Part shown: in pieces, positions 9,045-17,484 of the stretch
Layout of the letters: the number at the start of each line of letters is the position of its first letter
How positions within the stretch are numbered: the first letter of the stretch is position 1
DNA from: a virus
Lineage: Duplodnaviria > Heunggongvirae > Uroviricota > Caudoviricetes
Virus record (IMG/VR): IMGVR_UViG_2541047770_000002
Direction: 5' to 3' (one strand)
Length of the DNA: 27,225 nucleotides
Made by a program: the position numbers and the translations under genes
The notes under the pieces: generated by a model
What the model saw: only the letters and a program-made list of their open reading frames with translations
Told to the model about the DNA's origin: nothing
The model's database searches: none

Positions 9045-9866
9045 TTATCCTCTCAGTTCCTGTTGTGCCAGTGGCTGAAGCGTACCCTGATAGCGGGCCA
9101 GGTCGGGACGGTATGCTGCCCCCGGTGCATAAGACCAGCCGACGTCGGTGGTCACCTTCGTGGTGCCGGTATTAAAGGTGGCCACGTTCCGCATTTCGCC
9201 GGTTTTCTCTGAGACCAGTTTCAGTTCCTGGCCCATGGCAGAGCCGGAGCTGATAACCTTCAGGCCACGGGCACGTACATCCGCCGCACTCAGGGCAATC
9301 ACACTACAGCGGCAGCGCCAGCCGTTCGGCGGGTAAAATGCCTGCCAGAACGGGTCATCCCAGCGCAGCACCAGACCATGCAGCGCCAGATGGCTCCTGC
9401 GGGTATGGCTGTCGTTGATGCCGGTATACATCCAGTACGGCCTGTCGTCGACGTTTTCCATCTGTTCCGCCCAACGACCGGCGCTGTAGAGTACGGACAT
9501 ATTGGTGCGAAAGATGGTATCGAGCCGCCACGGACTGCCCTGCTGAATGGTGACCGGCTTACCCGTTACCGGGTCAGTCGTGTCACGTGGTCCCCACCAT
9601 CCCTTACGCTTCAGCACCGGCTCCAGCTCCTGCCGGAACCAGCGATCGGTTTTTCCTTCATCGACAGCCTGCTGCAGTGCCCCGCGAATATCTTCCAGGA
9701 TATCCAGGCGGGTCACTTTAGCAACGGTAAAGGCGCGGGCATGGGCCTCCTGCCACATTTCTTCCCAGTCCCAGGTAATCTGATACCCTTTGGACTTCAG
9801 GTAACTGACTGCCCGCTTCGGGGGAAGCGTCATGCAGTACGCCAGTTCAGCCGTTGTCACGCTCAT
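9045..9866 (-). CDS. Head morphogenesis protein (Mu F-like)
   Basis: ATG at 9866 (MSVTTAELAY...) with GGGGA upstream, overlapping portal 3' end by 20 nt; track start 9893 is a TTG. Position after portal matches Mu gene F. Confidence 0.75.
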   Translation of the reverse strand: MSVTTAELAYCMTLPPKRAVSYLKSKGYQITWDWEEMWQEAHARAFTVAKVTRLDILEDIRGALQQAVDEGKTDRWFRQELEPVLKRKGWWGPRDTTDPVTGKPVTIQQGSPWRLDTIFRTNMSVLYSAGRWAEQMENVDDRPYWMYTGINDSHTRRSHLALHGLVLRWDDPFWQAFYPPNGWRCRCSVIALSAADVRARGLKVISSGSAMGQELKLVSEKTGEMRNVATFNTGTTKVTTDVGWSYAPGAAYRPDLARYQGTLQPLAQQELRG

Positions 9867-11343
9867 GCAGACGTCCCCAGATATTTGCCACAAAGAGAAT
9901 ACGGGCCAGCCGTTCCTGCAGATCGTCCGTGTTCATCTGAGGGTAGAGCTCCGCCAGTTCGCCCAGCAGCTCAGTCGGGTTAACCCCGTTTTCGACCCGC
10001 TTAAACAGAGGTGCCAGGACGGGTTCCAGCGTGCCATTTAACACACCTCCGTTCATCAGAATGTCCAGCGCGTCGTCAAGCTGCTGCTGAGCCTGAATAT
10101 CGGCATCAATCGCCTCGGCAAATGACAGCGGCAGCATGTTATTCTGGCGTTCCGACGGTGATGTCTCGTCAATATCGCCGTCCTGCAGTTGGTACTCACG
10201 CTTAAAGTATTGCGGGGTCAGACGCAGACCCGCCCGGGTGAGTTTTTCGTCGCGGGTGGCGCGGGTGTCATCAATGGTCTCCTGTTCCCACATGGCCCAG
10301 ACCGGACACGGCACATCGCCGAAGTTCAGGGTGACCACCGTTCTGATAACCTGATTCACTGCTGCCTGAATTATGTCCGCATCCGCATCGCGGATATCAG
10401 CCGTTACCTCCAGCCCGGCCTGTGCAGAGGCCTTGTTACTGTTCGCTTCCGTGGTCTGATTCTGACCAAGTAATGCAATGGAGATCTCACTGCGTGACAG
10501 TGTGATCAGCTCGCGGAATACCTCGCTGCTGTCCGCCTTACCATCCGCGGCTTTGAGTTCGATGCTGCTGTCATCGGGGATGGCGGCCACCGCGTCCTCC
10601 ACCATCTGCTCCATGGAGTCCAGCAGTTTTTCAATCTCTGCATCATTTGCACCCCTCGGGTGCTTACCGATCACCCACGGGGAGCCAAACTTTTCGGCAA
10701 AGCGGAGCCAGAATTTCATCCCGCCTTTCTTGAAGGCGACCGGCCAGAAGCACATGGACAGGTCCGGGAAACCGTAAGGATTGTCATACGAGGCATCCTG
10801 TGCCGGCACCACGAATTTTGACGGTGACAGCAGCTCACCCTCCACACCCGCATCACGCGCCCGGAAGCGCAGGCAGTTGTCCGTATCAAACTGAAACCAC
10901 TCAGGCGGTTTGCCGACAATATCCGTCACTGCCCACGCCCTGACCGAACGGCCCCACATGATTTCACAGGGCTGATACCCGTAGAGCACGGCATCACTCA
11001 TCTCACCGATGATGCGGGACAGATCCAGATCGTCGAGCATGTCGCGGATGAAACGGAAGACCCGGGCAGAAGCGTGACCGCGCTCCAGTCCACGCTCCAG
11101 TGATTTGAGCGCTGCTTTACGTCTGCGGATACAGCCCCCAACCAGCGGGTCGGTGCGCAGTTCGCGGTAGATACGGATATCCCGTCCCTGAGCCTTGAGA
11201 ATGGGATCAGGATTGGGCAGATACATGCCCAGTCCGTAAAAGTCGATCGCGCGGCTGCGGGAGGCAATCTGCGCGGTCAGTGATTTCTGAGGCTCAGAAA
11301 AAGCAACAAATTCATCGGGTGAAACCCAGATACCCCTCGCCAT
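9847..11343 (-). CDS. Portal protein (Mu gp29-like)
   Basis: 498 aa; ATGA overlap with terminase large subunit stop; size and position between terminase and F-like gene. Confidence 0.8.
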   Translation of the reverse strand: MARGIWVSPDEFVAFSEPQKSLTAQIASRSRAIDFYGLGMYLPNPDPILKAQGRDIRIYRELRTDPLVGGCIRRRKAALKSLERGLERGHASARVFRFIRDMLDDLDLSRIIGEMSDAVLYGYQPCEIMWGRSVRAWAVTDIVGKPPEWFQFDTDNCLRFRARDAGVEGELLSPSKFVVPAQDASYDNPYGFPDLSMCFWPVAFKKGGMKFWLRFAEKFGSPWVIGKHPRGANDAEIEKLLDSMEQMVEDAVAAIPDDSSIELKAADGKADSSEVFRELITLSRSEISIALLGQNQTTEANSNKASAQAGLEVTADIRDADADIIQAAVNQVIRTVVTLNFGDVPCPVWAMWEQETIDDTRATRDEKLTRAGLRLTPQYFKREYQLQDGDIDETSPSERQNNMLPLSFAEAIDADIQAQQQLDDALDILMNGGVLNGTLEPVLAPLFKRVENGVNPTELLGELAELYPQMNTDDLQERLARILFVANIWGRLHERDNG

Positions 11344-12938
11344 CAGAATCCCTCCAGCATACGGGCCGCCTGACGACGACGGCGTGAGCTTGCCTTCACC
11401 GGCCCTTTGTTAATTTCACGGCTGGCGAAATACGCCAGCGCCAGTGCGATGGCTGAATCCCCGTGGCGTTTACCACCGTCAGCCTTTGCTTTTGAGCGTT
11501 GCTCCGGTACGCGGGGGACACCGTTCACCACCTGAACGGCCCGCAGGTCATCCAGTGTGTCTTCATCCTTTGGTAAGTCCACCAGGTTACCGTCTTCCAG
11601 TGCAGCTTTGACCGGAGGCATATGCTCCCGGTACCAGCCTTCGGTTGGCATCACCTGCTGAACCCGGCCGGAGCCGTAGCGCTGCATGGCGTATTCAGCC
11701 AGATAGGCACCATTACCACGGGCATCAAACGCTGCACCCAGCAGACCGGGCAGGCCATCCATCAGATACCAGGTGATTTGCTCCTGCTGTCTGAACGGCA
11801 CGTTACGCAGCTCCAGTACGAATGGCACGCGTCGTACCAGGTTCTTCTCCTGCAGCAGGGGATAGTCCACCGACAAATCACCGCTACGGCCAAAGTCGCG
11901 CCCCAGGAAAGAGCGGGCATCAGTGGGGAGTGCCTCCAGCAAGGGTTTCAGATACTCATCAAGCCAGTCCTGCGTCTCGCGGAAGCGAACCTCATCAGAC
12001 AGCAGTTCATAACCTTCCTTGCAGGTCAGACGCAATACCGGCGTATCAGCGGACATGCGGGACTCTATCAGGGCACGGGACAGCCAGGCACCGCCACCGT
12101 TGGCCGGAATACAGTCAAGCTCTTCGGATGCGCCGGCACCGTAGAATTTGTACACCGATGCCATCCAGGCCTGCTCGGATGCCTCCGACCATTCCTTCCC
12201 GGTGCGCAGACAGACGCGCCGGAACAGCCCCTCAGATACGGCTTCCCGGAAAGTGATGCGATGTATGCTGCCTCCCTGACGTCCGGCACGGATATCCCCG
12301 ATAAGCGTATTGAACGGATTGTCGTCACCGTCATGGGTGGAGATAACGCGTACCTTTCCCCCCCAGATAAGCATCGCCAGCGCCGCTTTCAGCAGTTCGT
12401 CCAGTTGCTCATGGAACGCCGCTTCGTCGATAACAATAATACCCTGACGGCCACGCAGGTTAGACGGGCGGCTGGAGAGCGCAACAATACGAAAGCCGGA
12501 GTCAGGAAATTTGATGGTGTAAGTCCTGATGTGTTTGTCGTCGTCGTCCTCTTCCCAGAATCCTTCTTCAATTTCACTGGCCGCATAGTTGAATGCCCGT
12601 GCCCACATCGCACACGCCTGAATGTATTCGACGGTCATGTCCTGGTTATAAGCGATGTAATACACATTCATCCCGCCTGCTGGCGCAGAAGAGGCGGCGG
12701 TCAGTACGTTATCGGATGCCTCAGCCCATGTAATACCGGTACGACGGCTCTTTTCTATCACCTTAAGCGGAGAGGTGTCTGCCACCCAGCGCTGCTGGTA
12801 AGGCAACAGAACGGGAGGAGCATCCAGCGCCGAGGTATCAGGCAAAACGGGAGCAAGGTTATTCCTCCCGTCCATGGGACTCATCCCTTCGGGGCCACCG
12901 CCAGCGGCGTTTAAAATCACTCCGGATGATTTTGTCAT
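11343..12938 (-). CDS. Terminase large subunit
   Basis: 531 aa; ATGA overlap with small-subunit gene; acidic nuclease-type C-terminal region; conserved position. Confidence 0.85.
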   Translation of the reverse strand: MTKSSGVILNAAGGGPEGMSPMDGRNNLAPVLPDTSALDAPPVLLPYQQRWVADTSPLKVIEKSRRTGITWAEASDNVLTAASSAPAGGMNVYYIAYNQDMTVEYIQACAMWARAFNYAASEIEEGFWEEDDDDKHIRTYTIKFPDSGFRIVALSSRPSNLRGRQGIIVIDEAAFHEQLDELLKAALAMLIWGGKVRVISTHDGDDNPFNTLIGDIRAGRQGGSIHRITFREAVSEGLFRRVCLRTGKEWSEASEQAWMASVYKFYGAGASEELDCIPANGGGAWLSRALIESRMSADTPVLRLTCKEGYELLSDEVRFRETQDWLDEYLKPLLEALPTDARSFLGRDFGRSGDLSVDYPLLQEKNLVRRVPFVLELRNVPFRQQEQITWYLMDGLPGLLGAAFDARGNGAYLAEYAMQRYGSGRVQQVMPTEGWYREHMPPVKAALEDGNLVDLPKDEDTLDDLRAVQVVNGVPRVPEQRSKAKADGGKRHGDSAIALALAYFASREINKGPVKASSRRRRQAARMLEGF

Positions 12939-13480
12939 GTGGCAATCCCCAGAATCTCGCGACGAAGCGCCTGTACTGCGTCGCTTGACAGTCCCCCCTT
13001 ACGGGCAATTTTCTCGGCGTTGCTGGCTGCCTGCTGCGCTCTGGCCCGTACTTCAGACTGGAACTTTTTGAGGTTGACGGACGCGCGGGACAGCGTAGCC
13101 ACATTCTTCGCCACCTTCGACAGCAGGGCCACGCGTTCTTTAGGATCGACTTCGCCTTCTTCCGCCTCCTGCAACTGGACAATACTCTCGAACAGCTCGG
13201 TCTGAATAAGGGCTATCACAGCCTCCGAACGCGCATCCTGATCGTCTGCTGCGCCTTCGGTCAGCATGCGGGCCGCTTCTGTTGCCGCACGGATAGCACC
13301 ATAGCGGCGCTCAATCTTCTGTCCATAGCGATGGATAGCGGATTTGCTGATGACGTACCCCCGCTCACGCAGCAGGGACTCCAGCTCGTTATACCCGCTG
13401 AAGCCGGATTCAGTCAGCGCCCGTTCAAGCCAGCGGCGCACATCTTCCGGCAGCTTTTCTATTGTGCTGCGTCTGGCCAT
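12935..13480 (-). CDS. Terminase small subunit-like protein (Mu gp27-like)
   Basis: 181 aa, basic N-terminus with HTH-like segment then coiled-coil; immediately upstream of and overlapping terminase large subunit. Confidence 0.6.
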   Translation of the reverse strand: MARRSTIEKLPEDVRRWLERALTESGFSGYNELESLLRERGYVISKSAIHRYGQKIERRYGAIRAATEAARMLTEGAADDQDARSEAVIALIQTELFESIVQLQEAEEGEVDPKERVALLSKVAKNVATLSRASVNLKKFQSEVRARAQQAASNAEKIARKGGLSSDAVQALRREILGIAT

Positions 13481-13791
13481 TATTCACTCCAGTACTTTTC
13501 CGGGCGGGCAATACCCGGACCACATTCCACGGTGTATTCCACCAGGTCTACGCCGAGGCGGGTCAGGTCAGCAAACCAGTCGCCAGAAGGTTTTTTCTCC
13601 AGATCAACCATTTTACGGTCAGCCAGATAATCCAGTTCGCGTCGCAGTTCCAGCGGTGTGGTGTCCGGGTAGATGGCACGGGACACATCCAGCAGCAGCG
13701 TCTCGCTGGCGGTGTAAGGGCGGGTCTTGTTCAGGGCAACCAGCAGACTCCAGCGCAGGGATTCGCGGCGTACCCGGGTAATATCGACCAT
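13480..13791 (-). CDS. Hypothetical protein (Mu gp26-position)
   Basis: 103 aa ORF coupled by TAATG overlaps to neighbours on operon strand. Confidence 0.45.
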   Translation of the reverse strand: MVDITRVRRESLRWSLLVALNKTRPYTASETLLLDVSRAIYPDTTPLELRRELDYLADRKMVDLEKKPSGDWFADLTRLGVDLVEYTVECGPGIARPEKYWSE

Positions 13792-14117
13792 TATTGACCT
13801 CCGGTATTGCGGTACTGCTGTACCACTTCCAGTTTGTTATAAAGCGCGTCCAGTTTGGCCTCAATGACTGTCTGGCCACGGATATAATCCTCTCGACGGA
13901 CATAATTCAGCGGTAAATCCGCTTTAAATCGCATAAATTCTTTTTCCAGCTCGCCCCAGTTGGAGGCGGATTGTTGCAGGGCCTGTTCAAGGGAGGCGAA
14001 TCGTGCCGCCTGGCGTTCTTCTGTTTTACTGAACAACCATTTGGCGAGCCCTCCCACAAACCCCATGAAGGTGAGCAGAAAACTCACCACCGTCCAGAAT
14101 TCAACCTGCAGTGTCAT
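13791..14117 (-). CDS. Membrane-anchored coiled-coil protein (Mu gp25-position)
   Basis: 108 aa; N-terminal hydrophobic helix (FWTVVSFLLTFMGFVGGLA) then coiled-coil; ATGA overlap with spanin gene. Confidence 0.45.
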   Translation of the reverse strand: MTLQVEFWTVVSFLLTFMGFVGGLAKWLFSKTEERQAARFASLEQALQQSASNWGELEKEFMRFKADLPLNYVRREDYIRGQTVIEAKLDALYNKLEVVQQYRNTGGQ

Positions 14118-14764
14118 TTCTGTAATCCTTCCCGTTCATCCAGTAACGCGTTTATCTGGTTCCGCCAGCGACGACATTGTCCTGCGTTGTCGATGATGTT
14201 GGCGAGAACGTCACGCTGGGAGACACCCGAATCGCGTAACCGGGTGTCAGTGGTTTCAGGTTGCCCGGTCGCTGTGCCAGAGCGGGTGCCAGCGGCGGCA
14301 ACTGAGTCTGAATGACCGGTGTCGACGGATGCGTTGTCATATCCGAGTGCGGCGTTGTACTGGCGCACGAAACCGCGAGTAAACACGCACTCAATGGGAT
14401 GGCTCTTACCTTTTTCATCAATCCAGCGCTGTGTGACATCGTTAATTTGCCCCTGTAGTTGTTTATTCCGGCTCTCCAGTTGAGCAATCTGCTCAAGATA
14501 ACCGGCTTCAGCCCGCTGCCCGGCGGCCACCTGCTCCTGATACCGTCTGGCCCAGGCCCGCAGCGCAGCATTCTCAAGCGTTGCCTGCTCCGTTTTGTAC
14601 GCGTCAAATGCTGACTGCAACTGACTGAGCGCGGTATCACCGTCACGCTTTGCAGAGTCATGACCACTTCTGTATCCCATGGCATACAGGCCGACCAGAA
14701 AGGCATTGATAAGAATGGCCAGCAGAATGCCGCGCCACGGCAGCTTTTTAACCAGATGCCACAC
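14114..14764 (-). CDS. Rz-like inner-membrane spanin (i-spanin)
   Basis: GTG start at 14764 preceded by GGGGAGG (8-nt spacer); short N-terminus, one TM helix (GILLAILINAFLVGLYAMGY), long periplasmic coiled-coil; directly after endolysin. Track start at 14866 would overlap endolysin by about 120 nt. Confidence 0.6.
   Translation of the reverse strand: MWHLVKKLPWRGILLAILINAFLVGLYAMGYRSGHDSAKRDGDTALSQLQSAFDAYKTEQATLENAALRAWARRYQEQVAAGQRAEAGYLEQIAQLESRNKQLQGQINDVTQRWIDEKGKSHPIECVFTRGFVRQYNAALGYDNASVDTGHSDSVAAAGTRSGTATGQPETTDTRLRDSGVSQRDVLANIIDNAGQCRRWRNQINALLDEREGLQK
14152..14418 (-). CDS. Rz1-like outer-membrane lipoprotein spanin (o-spanin), embedded in Rz gene in +1 frame
   Basis: ATG at 14418 gives MKKVRAIPLSACLLAVSCAS...: lipoprotein-type signal with Cys, proline-rich 88-aa product; wholly inside the i-spanin gene. 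Confidence 0.55.
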   Translation of the reverse strand: MKKVRAIPLSACLLAVSCASTTPHSDMTTHPSTPVIQTQLPPLAPALAQRPGNLKPLTPGYAIRVSPSVTFSPTSSTTQDNVVAGGTR

Positions 14765-15488
14765 AACTGCTGCCTCCCCATGTGAGATATCGCGGTGCCA
14801 GTTCGCGCAGGATGCGCTGCGGATAATGGCGGTTCTCCCGCCAGCTGGCCGCATTGCGTCCGGCATTCACCGTGGCGACATGTCCGAACCAGCGGGTGCT
14901 GTCCAGACCTTTCTGTGATGCAAGCCGCCTGTCCCGTTGTACCCAGCCCAGACCACCGTTATAGCCCGACAGTGTCATGGCCATACGCTCGCAGTCACTG
15001 GCGGCGCTGACACGCTGCCACAGCCAGCGGTCATAGCTGACCAGCGCCCGGATAGCCCATGCCGGATTAAACGGCTCACGACTGCTCAGCATCGGTATCA
15101 ACTGGCTTATCCAGTCGGCAGTGGCAGGCATGAACTGCGCCAGTCCCTGAGCGCCAGCCGGCGAGATCGCATCAGGTCGCCAGCCGCTTTCCTGATGCAG
15201 TTGCGCGGCGAAATCGGCCACCGGCGCAGACAGTCCCCATTCAAGCCGGGCATTACGGATCACATCATCGCGATACTGCAGCGCAGCCTGCGGAGGTTGT
15301 GCTGCGCATGCCTGGCTGAAAAAGCCGCCACACCAGAGCAACATTGCGACAAAGAATACCCATGCCATATGAACCAGAAAGGTCCCGGCGCGGACTGACG
15401 GGCGTTCGGTTCTGATGAAGACCCGAAAGGCTTCGAAAGCCAGTTTCAGGGACATGCATACAATCCAGGTGATCTGCGGCCAGTTCAT
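14748..15488 (-). CDS. Endolysin, soluble lytic transglycosylase (SLT) domain, with N-terminal hydrophobic SAR-like or signal segment
   Basis: Contains the SLT catalytic-region signature ...AQLHQESGWRPDAISPAGAQGLAQFMPATA...; hydrophobic stretch WVFFVAMLLWCGGFFSQACAA near N-terminus; start coupled to holin-like stop (TAATCATG). Alternative start at ATG 15368. Confidence 0.8.
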   Translation of the reverse strand: MNWPQITWIVCMSLKLAFEAFRVFIRTERPSVRAGTFLVHMAWVFFVAMLLWCGGFFSQACAAQPPQAALQYRDDVIRNARLEWGLSAPVADFAAQLHQESGWRPDAISPAGAQGLAQFMPATADWISQLIPMLSSREPFNPAWAIRALVSYDRWLWQRVSAASDCERMAMTLSGYNGGLGWVQRDRRLASQKGLDSTRWFGHVATVNAGRNAASWRENRHYPQRILRELAPRYLTWGGSSCVASG

Positions 15489-15490
15489 GA

Positions 15491-15841
15491 TTAAAGCCCC
15501 ATCGCAACAGCCAGGCAGACCGCTGCAACAATCAGTGCACGGCGAATTAACGCAGCAGAAAACACCAGGTGAAGGCCGGTCTGTACCGGGAAACGCCCTT
15601 CAGCCATCAGCCTGTCGTCATGTTTCAGGTACTGACCAGGACGGGCTTTGGGGAAGAGCGAACGGTCAAGCCAGTAACCCAGCACTGCTGCCAGCGTGAT
15701 GAGTGCCAGCTTGTAGATCACAACAGGCAGCTGCTGTGGTGAGACCAGAGCGATGGTGCCCAGCAACAGCACTGAGGTCAGCAGCCAGCCGCTGAGGCGA
15801 GGTTTTTTAACAGGGGGAATGAATTTTTTCAGGTTTTTCAT
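15491..15841 (-). CDS. Holin-like membrane protein
   Basis: ATG at 15841 with AAGGAGA 5 nt upstream; about 116 aa with three predicted TM helices; first gene of the lysis/late operon immediately upstream of endolysin. Confidence 0.5.
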   Translation of the reverse strand: MKNLKKFIPPVKKPRLSGWLLTSVLLLGTIALVSPQQLPVVIYKLALITLAAVLGYWLDRSLFPKARPGQYLKHDDRLMAEGRFPVQTGLHLVFSAALIRRALIVAAVCLAVAMGL

Positions 15842-15971
15842 GTGTGTCTCCTTATCTGGTGGAGACAGCATCACAAATACAGGGCGCGAAGGATTTTAAA
15901 GCGCGTTAAGAGAGCCGGGGATACGGGATGTGCAGGATAAACGATGAATTATTCACAGAGGAGAATACGAT
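15842..15971. promoter_or_regulatory. Divergent intergenic region: probable late-operon promoter (minus) and promoter/operator of gene 15972..16700 (plus)
   Basis: 130-bp non-coding gap between divergent start codons; contains small palindrome TGAATTATTCA at 15945..15955 resembling the half-sites of the repressor-ner operator. Confidence 0.3.
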
Positions 15972-16700
15972 ATGACGCAGACACTGAATCCGGTCATCAC
16001 TGTCACCGTGTCCGGTCCTGTGGGCAGCGGTAAAAGTTACATATTGGCGCGGATAGAGGAAGTGGTGAAACAGGAATTCGGAAACAGCGTCATTGTCGAC
16101 GCCGCAGACGTGGACGGTGAGCGCCGTATGAGTGGGGATGATCTGAGCACATGGCAGAAACCACGGGCTGGCACAGTGATCAGGCTGGAGGAATACACGG
16201 GACAGGGCCTGTTGTCATACGGCGAGGAGCGTATCTGTCGGACGAATGAGCTGCTGGATGTTATATGCCCCACGGGCCGGCAACCCTGGATACTGCCCGA
16301 TGCACTGCATGCCACCATTGCGGCACTGATGACAGTTTACGATCAGGAGCTGCTCATGAAGGAGTTACGTAAACTCACTGGTCAGTCAACAGAATGTTGT
16401 TCGTCCCCGAAGTACGGCAAACAGGAACACATCCCGATTAACCAGCCTCCCCGGTTCTTCGACGAATACCTTCTGACACCGGAAAATAAAGCTGAGCATG
16501 AAGAGATCAAAGCGGCGTTGTTCCGGGAAATCAGGAAGATTGCTGAAATGCAGTTGGGGGGCGGGCTGGACAGAGTGATGGCGAGAGGAGAATGGGCATC
16601 GCTGTTTGAAAGAGTTTCCCCGGAATTACTTCCCCTCGCACTGGCTATCGGGATTATGCAGACAGCGGATAAACCTCACTTACGTTCATTAAACACGTAA
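15972..16700 (+). CDS. Hypothetical protein with Walker-A-like motif (GPVGSGKS)
   Basis: 242 aa; strong RBS AGAGGAG 8 nt before ATG; N-terminal VTVSGPVGSGKSYIL motif; no further assignable domain by eye. Confidence 0.5.
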   Translation: MTQTLNPVITVTVSGPVGSGKSYILARIEEVVKQEFGNSVIVDAADVDGERRMSGDDLSTWQKPRAGTVIRLEEYTGQGLLSYGEERICRTNELLDVICPTGRQPWILPDALHATIAALMTVYDQELLMKELRKLTGQSTECCSSPKYGKQEHIPINQPPRFFDEYLLTPENKAEHEEIKAALFREIRKIAEMQLGGGLDRVMARGEWASLFERVSPELLPLALAIGIMQTADKPHLRSLNT

Positions 16701-17080
16701 CGCATAATCCGGGATACGCATTCAGCGATGACTGCATTTTCACCGGTTTTTACTGCATCCAGAAGTGACTCTTTAAATGGTACGGGCCGGGGCTGCAGAA
16801 AGGTCGGCATGGCATTGAGCAGACAGAGCGTTTTTTCCGTGAGGACGACATCAGCCGCTCCCACAGCCAGCAACTGAGAGTAACGAATATAGCTGTTATC
16901 CCGAAGCCATATCAGCGTATCAATAAAACACCGGCACTTTTTCTGGTCGTGATCAACCTGGTCCGGGATATCGAAAAAACCAGAATAAATCAAAACCTGA
17001 GGTGCCGGATGCGTGTTCAGTAATCGGCAGAATATTTTGCCGGTGAGTACATAAAAATCATCATTTAAGGAGTGCATCAT
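16676..17080 (-). CDS. Hypothetical protein (134 aa)
   Basis: ORF on late-operon strand, convergent 25-nt overlap with 15972..16700 and start codon overlapping the divergent start of 17079..17294; weak RBS (GGGGA). Coding status uncertain. Confidence 0.35.
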   Translation of the reverse strand: MMHSLNDDFYVLTGKIFCRLLNTHPAPQVLIYSGFFDIPDQVDHDQKKCRCFIDTLIWLRDNSYIRYSQLLAVGAADVVLTEKTLCLLNAMPTFLQPRPVPFKESLLDAVKTGENAVIAECVSRIMRYVFNERK

Positions 17081-17294
17081 GAATCCCCGATTAACGTTAA
17101 CAGAACATCAGCGCCGTGCTGAAGCAGTGAACAATGTTCTGGAAGATATTATCCGGTTATACCGCGGAGAACTGAGTGTCTGTCGTGCCGCTTTTCATTT
17201 TCAGGGAATACAAAAGCAGTTTGATACTTCTGTTTTTGCAGAAGGTATTACTTATGCCCTGGACCGGATAAGGTCAGAAAATCGCCCCGGATAA
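17079..17294 (+). CDS. Hypothetical small protein (71 aa)
   Basis: Near-ideal RBS AAGGAG with 6-nt spacer before ATG 17079; upstream of dam on same strand. Confidence 0.4.
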   Translation: MNPRLTLTEHQRRAEAVNNVLEDIIRLYRGELSVCRAAFHFQGIQKQFDTSVFAEGITYALDRIRSENRPG

Positions 17295-17348
17295 TCCCTA
17301 AACCACATTAACAGAAATCCCGCCATCCCTGCCGCATCATGAAAGAAC

Positions 17349-17380
17349 GACCAGCCCGGCACCCGAAAGCCGGGCTGGTC
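17349..17380. other. Perfect GC-rich hairpin (12-bp stem GACCAGCCCGGC, 8-nt loop)
   Basis: GACCAGCCCGGC-ACCCGAAA-GCCGGGCUGGUC 55 nt after stop of 17079..17294; no strong U-tract on plus strand, so either a weak terminator or a structured RNA/REP-like element. Confidence 0.4.
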
Positions 17381-17420
17381 ATCGCCCCACAGGAATGCGC
17401 TGTGAGCCGACCAAGGTTCA

Positions 17421-17466
17421 GTCAGTCTCGCGAGACCTGACCAGACTGCCATATTTTTTAATAATT
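17421..17466 (+). promoter_or_regulatory. Candidate dam promoter with overlapping palindromic operator
   Basis: Imperfect 21-bp palindrome GTCAG-TCTCGCGAGA-CCTGAC (17421..17441; central 10 bp perfectly palindromic) overlapping a -35-like TGACCA, 17-bp spacer, -10-like ATAATT, about 20 nt before the dam ATG. Confidence 0.3.
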
Positions 17467-17484
17467 GTAAAAGGCTTACAGATT

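Noticed and set aside
11622-12914. 430-codon plus-strand ORF
   Set aside because: Lies entirely antisense to the terminase large subunit gene; long antisense ORFs are expected in GC-rich DNA and the translation is Arg/Gly/Pro-rich low-complexity.
14152-14781. Full 209-codon ORF in the embedded frame
   Set aside because: Only the C-terminal 88 codons, starting at the lipoprotein signal, form a plausible gene; the upstream part lacks a start context and overlaps the i-spanin membrane domain.
15972-16700. Calling the protein a bona fide P-loop NTPase or kinase
   Set aside because: Only a Walker-A-like GSGKS motif is visible and the region after it is short; the motif could be incidental without profile support.
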